DNA from: an uncultured Planctomycetales bacterium
Lineage (GTDB): Bacteria; Omnitrophota; Gorgyraeia; Zapsychrales; JAHFFX01
Length of the DNA: 64,000 nt
Assembly: GCA_964612665.1 (NCBI GenBank)
Contig: CAZTCI010000002.1
Location: 211,659 to 275,658, forward strand
Direction of reading: 5' to 3'
Numbering within the stretch: the first letter of the stretch is position 1; each line of letters begins with the position of its first letter. The notes below the pieces were generated by a model that was not told the DNA's origin, did no database searches, and saw only the letters and a list, made by a program, of their open reading frames with translations. This document shows positions 28,317-37,789 of the stretch, in pieces. A program made the position numbers and the translations under genes.

Positions 28317-29711
28317 ATGTCCAATCTACCCAATTCAAAATTTTCTATCCGTCAAATTTTCAATGAGGCTTTTATTCTTTACCGTCATAATCTTGCGCTT
28401 TTGGTGACGGTTTGTTTTTTAGGAAATATATTGTCGATCCTGGATATAGCTTTTGGTCTCTCGGCTAATACGACAAATTCTTTGGCTTCGTTTATTTCTG
28501 TCTTGGCTCTTTTTTTCAATGTGTGGGGATATATGGCGATCATTGTGCTTTGCGGGGGTATTTACCGTGGACAAGTGATGAGCATACGCGAAGCCTTTGC
28601 TCAAGCCAAAGGCATGGGACCTTTTATTGCGGTTTTAATTTTTTATTTTCTGGTTGTTTCATCAGGATTTCTGGCAGGAATTATTCCGGCAATTTATTTT
28701 GGGACGATTTTTGTTTTTGCGCCTATGAGTGTTGTTCTTAATCATAAAAATTTCTGGGAAGCCTTTGCCTTCAGCCGTTATATCGTTAAAGGCAGCTTTG
28801 GAAAAGTCTTTTTAACCTCCATTATACTAACGATCATTTCATCACTTTTATATTCGACCTATTGGGCTGATCTTTATCTAAGAACAGCAATGCTGTTGTT
28901 TCACATGATAGCGGTTTTTGTGGTGCCGTTTACGGTCATGGTTTATGTACATGCGTATTATCATTTAAAGGAACACGAGCCTGAGACGTTCGACGAACTA
29001 ACTATTGCTCCGACGACCGGAAAAATTTTAATAACGTGGCTGGTTGCCATCGGGCTTTTTGTCGCAATAAGTTATATGAGTTATTTTTGGATGAAGCAGA
29101 CCTGGGCATTTTTAAATTCACCTCAAGGAAAGACGACTTTTGAGTGGGTTTCAGAAAAAATCAGTGTCCCCGTAACATTACCAGAAGGAGTAACGCTCAA
29201 GCGGCCAGAAGGCTGGCTTGTCCTTAAAGAAGAAAGGCCGCTTAACGGGTATCAACTTTTTTCTTTTGATAAAGAGGATGCCCTTGTTGCAAGTTTAAAT
29301 TATTTCCGCTTAACGGAATTGGACAAAAAAATTGCGGTTGATAAGAATATTAGTGACAGTGAATTGGGAGAATCAACCGTTAAATATTTTATTCCAAAAG
29401 TCAGCAGGGCAAACGGGTTAATCTCTTTTGAACAAATCCCCATCGGTGAATTTCAATTAAACGGCCGCATATGGATAAAACACATCCTTAAAAAAGAAAA
29501 ATCGTCACGATCGCTTTATTTTTGGGTATGGTACTTGTCCCGATACAAAGACGGCGTTGTTGTTTTAAATTATGAAGTGGCGGCGCCGCAAGATAAGAAC
29601 TCTCCGGCGCCCGAAAATATTCTAGCGGAGAAACAAAATGAAATGAAAACAGTCTTAACGTCTATCACTTTCCCACCTGAATCAATGGTCAATGACTCAG
29701 TCCTCCCATAA
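28317..29711 (+). CDS. Polytopic membrane protein of unknown function with a large C-terminal soluble domain
   Basis: About six TM helices span the N-terminal 250 aa. A roughly 200-aa extracytoplasmic beta-rich domain follows, possibly PsbP/DUF1795-like, though this is uncertain. Confidence 0.4.
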   Translation: MSNLPNSKFSIRQIFNEAFILYRHNLALLVTVCFLGNILSILDIAFGLSANTTNSLASFISVLALFFNVWGYMAIIVLCGGIYRGQVMSIREAFAQAKGMGPFIAVLIFYFLVVSSGFLAGIIPAIYFGTIFVFAPMSVVLNHKNFWEAFAFSRYIVKGSFGKVFLTSIILTIISSLLYSTYWADLYLRTAMLLFHMIAVFVVPFTVMVYVHAYYHLKEHEPETFDELTIAPTTGKILITWLVAIGLFVAISYMSYFWMKQTWAFLNSPQGKTTFEWVSEKISVPVTLPEGVTLKRPEGWLVLKEERPLNGYQLFSFDKEDALVASLNYFRLTELDKKIAVDKNISDSELGESTVKYFIPKVSRANGLISFEQIPIGEFQLNGRIWIKHILKKEKSSRSLYFWVWYLSRYKDGVVVLNYEVAAPQDKNSPAPENILAEKQNEMKTVLTSITFPPESMVNDSVLP

Positions 29712-30516
29712 AATCCAAATCATTGTTGCCGCTGTCTCACAGCTTGAAAATGAATTGATCGCACTTTTCAAAAATTTAGCTCACCAAAAATTAAAATCGA
29801 AGAAGAAATTTTGTGTCGCCCTCTCCGGCGGCCAGACACCAGTTAATTTTTATAAAAAATTGTCAAAAATAAAGAACAAGCGCTTTTGGCAAGGAATTCA
29901 TATTTTTTGGGCGGATGAGCGTTTTGTGGATTGGGAGCATCCGGACAGTAATTACCATTTGATCAAAGACAAATTGTTAAGTAAGATTCCAATTCCTTCG
30001 AAAAATATTCATCCGGTCAAGACGGATGGTTATTCGGTGGGTGCCGCTGCTGAGCGTTACGCGCAGGAACTCCAGGCGATTTTCAAACTCAACCCGTACA
30101 AATTTCCTGTATTTGATTTTATTTTACTTGGTGTGGGCGAAGACGGGCATACGGCGTCAATTTTTCCAGGCATGAAACCCGATGAAACAAAAAAGCCCCT
30201 TACACTGGGGGTTAAAAAGTTGAATGTTAAATATGAGCGGGTCAGTTTGTCCTTGGCCACATTAAATGCGGCGAGAAATATTGTATTTTTAGTGACTGGT
30301 TTTAATAAAGCAGCCATTGTGAAACGGATATTAGAAGAGAAGGCCGATCTGCTTCCCGCATCTTGGATTAAACCTAAAAAAGGAAATGTGTTTTTCTTCT
30401 TAGATAAAGCTGCTTCTCATGAGATGGATTTTAAAAAAATTGAACCGAAGCTTACGTCTCATTATAATAAAGGTGTCAGAATTACTGTTCACTTTAAAAA
30501 AGGGAGGGCAAAATGA
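29692..30516 (+). CDS. pgl: 6-phosphogluconolactonase
   Basis: The motifs ALSGGQTP, WADERFV and GVGEDGHTASIFPG match Pgl/DevB. It lies downstream of tkt-tal, giving a pentose-phosphate context. Confidence 0.8.
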   Translation: MTQSSHKIQIIVAAVSQLENELIALFKNLAHQKLKSKKKFCVALSGGQTPVNFYKKLSKIKNKRFWQGIHIFWADERFVDWEHPDSNYHLIKDKLLSKIPIPSKNIHPVKTDGYSVGAAAERYAQELQAIFKLNPYKFPVFDFILLGVGEDGHTASIFPGMKPDETKKPLTLGVKKLNVKYERVSLSLATLNAARNIVFLVTGFNKAAIVKRILEEKADLLPASWIKPKKGNVFFFLDKAASHEMDFKKIEPKLTSHYNKGVRITVHFKKGRAK

Positions 30517-30824
30517 AAAGATTATTTCTTTTTTCAATTGCTTCTTATTTTTTGTTTATAACACCGACATTCAGCTCGGCGATGATTTCTGAGCGGATTC
30601 AAGGTGTCGCTTACCGCGTTGTTAAAGGGCAAGTTTTATCGATTGATACCATAAATAACACTTTTCGTATTAAAGACAGGGATGACGGTCGTGAGCATTT
30701 AGTCAATGCTCAGGAGGATGTTGTGAATTCTTTACAGCAAGGCGATCACGTAAGAGTTACGCTTCGGCCGCTTTTTCCAATCACTGGTTTAAATAATACA
30801 GCGTTACGCGTCCAAAAAGGCTAA
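30513..30824 (+). CDS. Small secreted hypothetical protein
   Basis: A signal peptide is present and the ORF is coupled to pgl by a 4-nt overlap. Confidence 0.45.
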   Translation: MKRLFLFSIASYFLFITPTFSSAMISERIQGVAYRVVKGQVLSIDTINNTFRIKDRDDGREHLVNAQEDVVNSLQQGDHVRVTLRPLFPITGLNNTALRVQKG

Positions 30825-30833
30825 TAAAAACGA

Positions 30834-30879
30834 AAAGCCGGAGAGAAGTCTTAAGATTAGAAATTTTCTCCGGCTTTTT
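30834..30879 (+). terminator. Intrinsic terminator
   Basis: The stem aaagccggagag/tctccggcttt is followed by a T-run. Confidence 0.7.
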
Positions 30880-30945
30880 AAAGTGTCAATTGTATTGACA
30901 GAATTTAAGTCATATGGCATATATCATATAGGTGGTTTGTTAGCT

Positions 30946-31356
30946 ATGAAAAAAACTATATCAAATATTGTCGGTTCGATATTAATTTTACCAACGGCTT
31001 TGGCTACTATCCTATGTTGTAATTTTTCAGGGATAGCTCAAGCGAAAAGTGCTAGTGCTATGTTTTCTAAAACTGAAAGCGCTATGCCATCTTGCCATGC
31101 AAATCCACTTCACCAATCAAATTCCACCAAAAGTAACGCGCTCTGTTGTCATGTTCAATTACAAGCTAATCTTTTAACGAAATTCTCATTGGATACGCTA
31201 CCGACTGTTTCGAATCTGTTTCCTACAGATTTGATATTGACTCACTCCGCAATTTTAAAAAACAAATTCAATTTAGCCTTCCTCGATGGACCGCCAGTTC
31301 CTGGATCTGTTTTTGAAACACCTCGATTCATTCACTTCCGTAATATCCGCATTTAA
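30946..31356 (+). CDS. Cys/His-rich small exported protein, a putative metal-binding protein. The start is reassigned to the ATG at 30946, which has an AGGTGG RBS.
   Basis: A hydrophobic N-terminus is followed by the CC, SCH...H and LCCH motifs. It is located directly upstream of the Cus-like pump genes. Confidence 0.4.
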   Translation: MKKTISNIVGSILILPTALATILCCNFSGIAQAKSASAMFSKTESAMPSCHANPLHQSNSTKSNALCCHVQLQANLLTKFSLDTLPTVSNLFPTDLILTHSAILKNKFNLAFLDGPPVPGSVFETPRFIHFRNIRI

Positions 31357-31363
31357 TTCCTTG

Positions 31364-31381
31364 GAAAAACAATTGTTTTTC
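31364..31381. promoter_or_regulatory. Perfect 18-bp palindrome GAAAAACAATTGTTTTTC upstream of the cusB-like gene
   Basis: An exact dyad lies 42 nt upstream of the adaptor-gene ATG. A second short palindrome, ctctatagcgtagag, is adjacent. Confidence 0.4.
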
Positions 31382-31422
31382 TCTATAGCGTAGAGATTTT
31401 TTGTTTAACCAAGGAGTTATTC

Positions 31423-32583
31423 ATGAAAATTAAAAATATAATTTTTATAATTTGCTTAAGCCTAATTGTTGGATTTGCTGGATGGAAAATCCTTAAGACT
31501 CCTGAAGCGGCTATAGTTAATCAATCGCATAAAGACATCTATTATTGTCCTATGCACACGCACTATACGAGTAACCATCCTGGCAGCTGTCCTATTTGTG
31601 GTATGAAATTGGTCAAAAAAGAAAATTCTGCTGCAAATGATTCCGCGCTGCAAATTCAACGCTCAGCTCAACCATCCGTCCCAGGTTATTCAACGGTTTT
31701 ACTAAACTCACAAAAAGAACAATTCATTGGCCTAAAGACTACACCCGTTTCCAAAAAATCATTGGTTAAAACCATTCACGCTTATGGTTATGCGGCGCAT
31801 GATCTTGAACTTTATGAGGCGCAGCTGGGATATATTGATGCCTGGCATAAGTATTATGCATTTGTTCTTCGTCGTACAATCAAAGAGAATTACCGTCCGG
31901 ATTGGTGGAAGTATTATAAGGATGAGCCTCCTCAGGACCGGTGGTTAAGTGATGAAAAACTTAAAGCCCAAGAACGGTTCGTCAAAGCTGAATATGAATT
32001 AAAGCATATGGGGTTGGATGATGTTCAGCTTGACCAACTCCGCCAAATTAAACCTGGTCAACCCTGGGTCCAACCGGATTTATTGTTTTTTCATGAAGGA
32101 CATCCGGTATGGATTTATGCCCAAATTTTTGAAAGTGATTTAGGATTTGTTGATGTCGGTCAAAAAGTTGTTGTGACGATTCCTGAGTATCACGAAACAA
32201 CCGAAGGTCTCATCCAAAATGTTTCTCTCATGGTTGATCCGGCGACACGCACCACACAAGTTCGCATTGCGCTGCCAAAGTATAGAGGAGAATTGAAAGT
32301 AAACATGCTGGTTAATGTCGATATTCCGGTTGAATTAGATTCAAACATGATCATCCCTCGTGAAGCTGTTATGGATACGGGTTTAAACAAAGTCGTCTTT
32401 GTTAAGGTGAAAGAAGGCACTTATGAACCGCGTAATATTCAAACCGGTTTTGAAGGCGACGGCATGGTTGCTGTGAAGTCCGGATTAAAAGAAGGCGAAA
32501 CAATTGTCGTCTCGGGCAATTTTCTTTTGGATTCGGAAAGCCGGTTGGAAGGCGCTTTGACGGAGGGCAGTACGCATGATTGA
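31423..32583 (+). CDS. cusB: Efflux RND periplasmic adaptor (membrane fusion protein) of CusB/CzcB type with an N-terminal CxxC heavy-metal-binding domain
   Basis: The segment YYCPMHTHYTSNHPGSCPICGMKL is the HMBD found at CusB-like N-termini. MFP beta-barrel and lipoyl-like regions follow. Confidence 0.8.
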   Translation: MKIKNIIFIICLSLIVGFAGWKILKTPEAAIVNQSHKDIYYCPMHTHYTSNHPGSCPICGMKLVKKENSAANDSALQIQRSAQPSVPGYSTVLLNSQKEQFIGLKTTPVSKKSLVKTIHAYGYAAHDLELYEAQLGYIDAWHKYYAFVLRRTIKENYRPDWWKYYKDEPPQDRWLSDEKLKAQERFVKAEYELKHMGLDDVQLDQLRQIKPGQPWVQPDLLFFHEGHPVWIYAQIFESDLGFVDVGQKVVVTIPEYHETTEGLIQNVSLMVDPATRTTQVRIALPKYRGELKVNMLVNVDIPVELDSNMIIPREAVMDTGLNKVVFVKVKEGTYEPRNIQTGFEGDGMVAVKSGLKEGETIVVSGNFLLDSESRLEGALTEGSTHD

Positions 32584-35500
32584 AAAAATTATTGATTTAT
32601 GCGCTCGTCAGAAAGTTTTGGTTTTGATATTTGTAGGCGCCGCTATCATGGCGTCGCTTTGGGCTGTCAAAAACATTCCACTCGATGCCATTCCCGATTT
32701 ATCCGACACTCAGGTGATTATTTATTCGAAATGGGACCGGAGTCCAGATTTAATTGAAGATCAAGTCACGTATCCAATCGTATCGTCTTTGTTAGGAATT
32801 CCAGGAGTTAAAGCCATTCGTGGATTTTCGGATTTTGGATTTTCTTATGTATACGTTATTTTTAAAGACGGCACCGATTTGTATTGGGCGAGAAGCCGGG
32901 TTCTGGAATATTTAAGTAAAATTTCTTCGCGTCTTCCCGAAGGAGTCAAGACCGAATTGGGCCCCGATGCGACGGGGATCGGATGGGTACTGCAGTACGC
33001 GCTTATTGATACAAGCGGCAAACATGATTTGGCTGAACTGCGCAGTTTTCAAGACTGGCATCTGCGGTATTGGCTTGAATCAGTTCCCGGCGTGGCCGAA
33101 GTCGCCTCTCAAGGAGGCTTTGTTAAACAATATCAAATTACCGTCGATCCTCGAAAATTGCTTGCCTATAAAATCCCAATCACCAAAGTGATTGAAGCGG
33201 TGAGGCAGGGCAATGAAGAAACAGGCGGAAGGCTTGTTGAATTTACCGGCGTCGAATATATGATCCGCGGCCACGGGTACGCGAAATCTATCGAAGATTT
33301 TGAAAAAATTGTTTTGGCTGTGGACGCGAATGGAACTCCGGTCTTGCTTAAAAATGTAGCGCATGTCTCTATAGGCGGTGATATCCGGCGCGGCGTTCTA
33401 GACTTAAACGGTCAGGGCGATGTTGTTTCGGGGACAGTCATTATGCGTCAGGGTGAAAATGCATTAAGGGTTATTAATGCCGCTAAAGCTAAATTCAAAG
33501 AAATTGAATCGTCTTTGCCTGAAGGCGTCAAAATTGATATCACCTATGACCGTTCGGATTTAATTCTGCGCGCCATTAATCATTTAAAAACGCAATTGAT
33601 TGAAGAAATTGCCATTGTCAGTTTGGTCATTCTGGTTTTCTTGTGGCATGGTCCGTCAGCGTTTATTCCGATTGTAACCATACCGATTGCGGTCCTTATT
33701 TCGTTTATTCCTTTGTTTGGTATGAAATTAACCTCAAATATCATGTCGTTGGCGGGAATCGCGATTTCAATCGGTGTTTTAGTTGATGGCGCCATTGTGC
33801 AGATGGAAAATGTTTATAAACGTTTAGAAGAATGGGAAGCGGGCGGGCGAAAACAAAATCCAGAACAGGTGGCGCTCAAAGCCATCAAAGAAGTGGCACC
33901 GTCGGTTTTTTTTGCTTTGCTTGTGATTGCGGTTTCGTTCCTTCCGATTTTTACGTTAGGCGATCAGGAGGGACGTTTGTTTAAGCCATTGGCGTGGTCG
34001 AAAACCTTTGCTATGGCGATTGCGGCGGTTTTAGTTGTCACGTTAAATCCGGCGATTCGTTTGATGTTTGTCAGTATTAAATCTTTTCAGGGACGAGTGA
34101 GCGGACTGTTCAACGGTTTATTAATCGGACAGTATTTTTCAGAAGAGAAACACCCCATTAGCCGGATTTTATTTTGGATATACGAACCATTGTGCCGGTT
34201 TATTTTGAAATATGCCAAAACTACAATCTGCGTTGCCGTTTTGCTGATTGCCGTCACGATCCCAGTTTTTCTACGATTGGGTTCAGAATTTATGCCGCCT
34301 TTATGGGAGGGACAAATTTTGTATATGCCGATCACACTGCCCGGTATTTCAGTGACTGAAGCCCAGCGGTTGCTGCAAACGCAGGACAGAATTTTAAAAA
34401 GTTTTCCGGAAGTTGAAAAAGTTTTTGGTAAAGCTGGACGGATTGAAAGTTCAACTGATCCGGCGCCGTTTTCGATGATGGAAACAGTCGTATTATTAAG
34501 ACCTGAAAACCAATGGCGGATGGTCAACAACCACCGACTTACACACGAAGAATTGATCGAAGAAATGGATAAGGTTTTACAAATTCCAGGGACAACAAAT
34601 GCTTGGGTCATGCCGATTAAAAACCGTATCGATATGCTTTCAACCGGCATCCGAACGCCAGTTGGGATTAAAGTGTTGGGAAGTGATTTTAAAACCATTG
34701 ATGACATTGGCAAAAAACTGGAAATGTTGTTGAAAGACGTTCCTGGGACGCGCAGTGTTTTTGCTGAGCGGACTCAGGGCGGTTACTTTTTAGATTTTGA
34801 TCTGAAGCGCGATCAATTAGCGCGTTACGGTTTATCCGTTGCTGATGCTCAGATGACGATTCAATCCGCGATTGGCGGCGAAAATATCACAACAACAGTT
34901 GAAGGCCGCGAGCGTTATAACGTAAATGTCCGTTATCCGCGGCAGTTACGGGATGATGTTGATAAATTGAACCATGTTTTGGTTGCCACACCATCCGGTG
35001 CGCAAATTCCTCTCGGGCAAATCGCTGACATTGTCACATGCACAGGACCTGCCATGATTCGAAACGAAAATGGAATGCTGACCGGTTATGTCTATATTGA
35101 TGTGGTTGGACGGGACATTGGCAGTTATGTCGAAGAAGCTAAACGAAAGGTTACTAGTGAAGTGAAGCTTCCCGAAGGCTATAGTTTGATTTGGAGCGGG
35201 CAGTATGAAAATATGCTGCGGGTGAGGGATCGTCTCAAAATTGTAGTGCCCTTGACCTTGTTTATTATTGTGATGCTTCTTTATTTTAACACCCAATCAT
35301 GGGTTAAAACTGCCATTGTCTTATTAGCGGTGCCGTTTTCTCTCATTGGGGCGTTTTGGTTGTTGTGGTTTCTTAAATATAATTTATCTATCGCGGTTTG
35401 GGTCGGTATGATTGCTTTAATGGGATTGGATGCAGAAACTGGCGTATTAATGCTTTTATTTTTAGATTTAGCTTACCAAGATGCTATAAATCGAAACCGT

Positions 35501-35764
35501 ATGAAATCCAAAATTGATTTACAGGAAGCGATTGTTCACGGAGCTGTCCGTCGAATTCGGCCCAAGATGATGACGGTCATGGCCGCTTTATTAGGTTTGC
35601 TGCCGATTATGTTTTCTCATGGGACCGGGGCTGATCTGATGAAACGTATTGCAGCCCCGATGACAGGCGGGCTCATCAGTTCTTTTGCACTGGAATTACT
35701 CGTTTATCCGGCGGTTTTTTATCTTTGGAAATCAAGGTCTCTAAATCGTAAAGTAACGGTCTGA
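32576..35764 (+). CDS. cusA: Heavy-metal-efflux (HME) RND inner-membrane transporter, CusA/CzcA family
   Basis: The 1062-aa product has a 12-TM RND architecture and overlaps the adaptor gene. Confidence 0.85.
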   Translation: MIEKIIDLCARQKVLVLIFVGAAIMASLWAVKNIPLDAIPDLSDTQVIIYSKWDRSPDLIEDQVTYPIVSSLLGIPGVKAIRGFSDFGFSYVYVIFKDGTDLYWARSRVLEYLSKISSRLPEGVKTELGPDATGIGWVLQYALIDTSGKHDLAELRSFQDWHLRYWLESVPGVAEVASQGGFVKQYQITVDPRKLLAYKIPITKVIEAVRQGNEETGGRLVEFTGVEYMIRGHGYAKSIEDFEKIVLAVDANGTPVLLKNVAHVSIGGDIRRGVLDLNGQGDVVSGTVIMRQGENALRVINAAKAKFKEIESSLPEGVKIDITYDRSDLILRAINHLKTQLIEEIAIVSLVILVFLWHGPSAFIPIVTIPIAVLISFIPLFGMKLTSNIMSLAGIAISIGVLVDGAIVQMENVYKRLEEWEAGGRKQNPEQVALKAIKEVAPSVFFALLVIAVSFLPIFTLGDQEGRLFKPLAWSKTFAMAIAAVLVVTLNPAIRLMFVSIKSFQGRVSGLFNGLLIGQYFSEEKHPISRILFWIYEPLCRFILKYAKTTICVAVLLIAVTIPVFLRLGSEFMPPLWEGQILYMPITLPGISVTEAQRLLQTQDRILKSFPEVEKVFGKAGRIESSTDPAPFSMMETVVLLRPENQWRMVNNHRLTHEELIEEMDKVLQIPGTTNAWVMPIKNRIDMLSTGIRTPVGIKVLGSDFKTIDDIGKKLEMLLKDVPGTRSVFAERTQGGYFLDFDLKRDQLARYGLSVADAQMTIQSAIGGENITTTVEGRERYNVNVRYPRQLRDDVDKLNHVLVATPSGAQIPLGQIADIVTCTGPAMIRNENGMLTGYVYIDVVGRDIGSYVEEAKRKVTSEVKLPEGYSLIWSGQYENMLRVRDRLKIVVPLTLFIIVMLLYFNTQSWVKTAIVLLAVPFSLIGAFWLLWFLKYNLSIAVWVGMIALMGLDAETGVLMLLFLDLAYQDAINRNRMKSKIDLQEAIVHGAVRRIRPKMMTVMAALLGLLPIMFSHGTGADLMKRIAAPMTGGLISSFALELLVYPAVFYLWKSRSLNRKVTV

Positions 35765-35852
35765 AATGAAAGGCAAAAATATTAAAATTAGATGGAAAAG
35801 TTTTCAGGCCGTGGTAATTTATCCAGTATGTACTTTCTTTAAGGAGGTGTGT

Positions 35853-36386
35853 ATGTCTAAAAATAGTTATATATTTTTAGTTTTTGTTTTTTTAATTAGT
35901 CAGTCCGCGTTGAGTTCTGCCGCCGAAGACCAAAAGATAAAATCAGCAACGCCCTCACCCAAAACAACCTCAACTCCCGCCGCGTTAGCTGATACTGAAA
36001 ATTCTCAAAAACAAATTCTTCCGGAAACCTTAACCAACAAAATCCGCCACTTGGCCCGCGATTATATCGAAGAAAAGGCTGGTTCGGCTGGAACTCTCGA
36101 TGTTGAAGACCCAGAAGTCAACACGACCCGCAAGCTAAGCTTTGAAAGCGTTCAGCAGGATATCGGCAAGGTCACGGTCAAAAACGTCTCAAGTTACGTT
36201 GTTCATGTGAATATGAAAGACGTCCGTACCAACGAACAAGTGGATGTTGATGTGGACATTAACGAACAGGCTGGCGTGTATAGTGTGGTGAATGTTGGTG
36301 TCTATAAAGTCAGCGGCACGCCGCGTTACATCTATGACGATAAAAATAACCGGGTTCCTGTTTCAGTTGTTACTGAATCAAAATAG
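35853..36386 (+). CDS. Secreted hypothetical protein. The start is reassigned to the ATG at 35853, which has an AAGGAGG RBS.
   Basis: The signal peptide is MSKNSYIFLVFVFLISQSALSSAA. There are no recognisable motifs. Confidence 0.45.
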   Translation: MSKNSYIFLVFVFLISQSALSSAAEDQKIKSATPSPKTTSTPAALADTENSQKQILPETLTNKIRHLARDYIEEKAGSAGTLDVEDPEVNTTRKLSFESVQQDIGKVTVKNVSSYVVHVNMKDVRTNEQVDVDVDINEQAGVYSVVNVGVYKVSGTPRYIYDDKNNRVPVSVVTESK

Positions 36387-36462
36387 TTTATTCGGTTTAT
36401 TGAGAATTGAATAAAATTTTAAGTGATTGAAAGGAGGGAAGGCATTGGGGCGAATCAGTCAC

Positions 36463-36648
36463 ATGCCACCGGAAGAACGGTTTACCAGGACCACCTTCGG
36501 TGTGATTATGATCTTCAGTGCGTTAGTATCATGGGGAAAGTGGGTTATTCTTGTTTTAGGCATATTGTTTATTATTTCAGCGTGGAATGGCTACTGTGCC
36601 ACATGTGAAATCTATAAAAAATTAATGAATGCTCCTAAAGAGCAGTAA
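36463..36648 (+). CDS. DUF2892-family small membrane protein (YgaP-like TM domain). The start is uncertain: alternatives are the TTG at 36427 or 36445.
   Basis: Two TM helices and a C-terminal GYCATCEIYKKL motif give the characteristic DUF2892 pattern G.C(P).Y. Confidence 0.55.
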   Translation: MPPEERFTRTTFGVIMIFSALVSWGKWVILVLGILFIISAWNGYCATCEIYKKLMNAPKEQ

Positions 36649-36660
36649 TGGAGGAACTAA

Positions 36661-37116
36661 ATGGAAAAGCGGATATTAATGACGTTGGCTCTTACGGCTG
36701 GTCTAATGGTTACAGGCGCTCAAATAAGTTTCAGCGAAGACGCCATGAAAATGAGTGATACAAAAGCAGGGCAAACAGTGGCCGCTGCAGCTGCTGCCGC
36801 GACTGACTCAGCTGCCGGCGCTGCGGACAAAATTGATGTTGGTAACAAAATTTGTCCGATGGAAGGAATGGCAATTGAAGACGGAAAAGGTTTTCCAGTA
36901 GAATATAAAGGAAAGATTTATCATGTTTGTTCCGCGGCCTGCGTTACAGCTTTTAACAAAGATCCAGAAGCCGCTGTAAAAAAAGTGGAAGAAGAATTAT
37001 CCAAGAAGAAAGATGACGCCGCTGCTGCCGTTGTCGATAAAATGGACGCAATGAAAGCCGATACCGGAACTGAAAAGATGGACGATACCATGAAAGCCGC
37101 CGAGGATAAAAAGTAA
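36661..37116 (+). CDS. Secreted YHS-domain (TRASH-like, copper-associated) protein with Ala/Lys/Asp-rich flanks
   Basis: A signal peptide is followed by the YHS core NKICPMEGMAIEDGKGFPVEYKGKIYHVCSAACVTAFNKDPE. Confidence 0.65.
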   Translation: MEKRILMTLALTAGLMVTGAQISFSEDAMKMSDTKAGQTVAAAAAAATDSAAGAADKIDVGNKICPMEGMAIEDGKGFPVEYKGKIYHVCSAACVTAFNKDPEAAVKKVEEELSKKKDDAAAAVVDKMDAMKADTGTEKMDDTMKAAEDKK

Positions 37117-37154
37117 TCGGCGTTTCAAAACAAATGCTAGCATATGATAGCATA

Positions 37155-37190
37155 AGGGCAGCTCAAGAAATTGGGCTGCCCCTTTTTCTT
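37155..37190 (+). terminator. Intrinsic terminator
   Basis: The stem gggcagc/gctgccc is followed by ctttttctt. Confidence 0.6.
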
Positions 37191-37257
37191 ATGTTTCATT
37201 TTGCCTTCTTTTAGCGAAAATGTTACACTTTTTTTAGATCACTAATCAGGAAAGAAT

Positions 37258-37632
37258 ATGTATCACCCACAAAAATATAAATTTTTCAAACTTATTTTAG
37301 TCCTTGTATTTATTTTATCGGGTAATTTTTCTGCTCAAGCTGTAACTATGAATAAAAAGAAACACCGTCCTGAACCTCCCAAAGAAGAAACACCGCCGCC
37401 GTATACGGACATCAATAACAAATTTTGTATCGTGGATTACACGCCAATCCGAGATGGAAAAGAATATTACGTTTTTTATAAAAGAAAACGATATAAGATT
37501 TGTTCCCAAAAATGTCTGGGGCTGTTTAAACTGGATCCGAAACGTTATACGGACCGCTGGGATCAAATTGAAAATGGAAAAGTAGAAATGATCGAACCGG
37601 AAAAACCAGATCCGGAAGGGCTTGGCCCGTAG
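37258..37632 (+). CDS. Second secreted YHS-domain protein
   Basis: A signal peptide is followed by the YHS core NKFCIVDYTPIRDGKEYYVFYKRKRYKICSQKCLGLFKLDPKRY. Confidence 0.6.
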   Translation: MYHPQKYKFFKLILVLVFILSGNFSAQAVTMNKKKHRPEPPKEETPPPYTDINNKFCIVDYTPIRDGKEYYVFYKRKRYKICSQKCLGLFKLDPKRYTDRWDQIENGKVEMIEPEKPDPEGLGP

Positions 37633-37789
37633 AGAAATAAAAATTCTTGAAATTTTTTATGATGAATAAAGTATCGCTGTTATAATGACCGCACTTAAGC
37701 AAGATCTAAGCTAACCCGACTTTTTCATCTCGTCTAAACATCTCACGCCATTAGAAAGTTCAGCAAAAAGGATCAACTTTTAAATTTGT

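Noticed and set aside
36423-36608. Alternative-frame 61-aa ORF overlapping the DUF2892 gene
   Set aside because: The overlapping frame (36427/36463-36648) gives the characteristic DUF2892 two-TM plus G.C..C.Y pattern. The other frame shows no conserved features.
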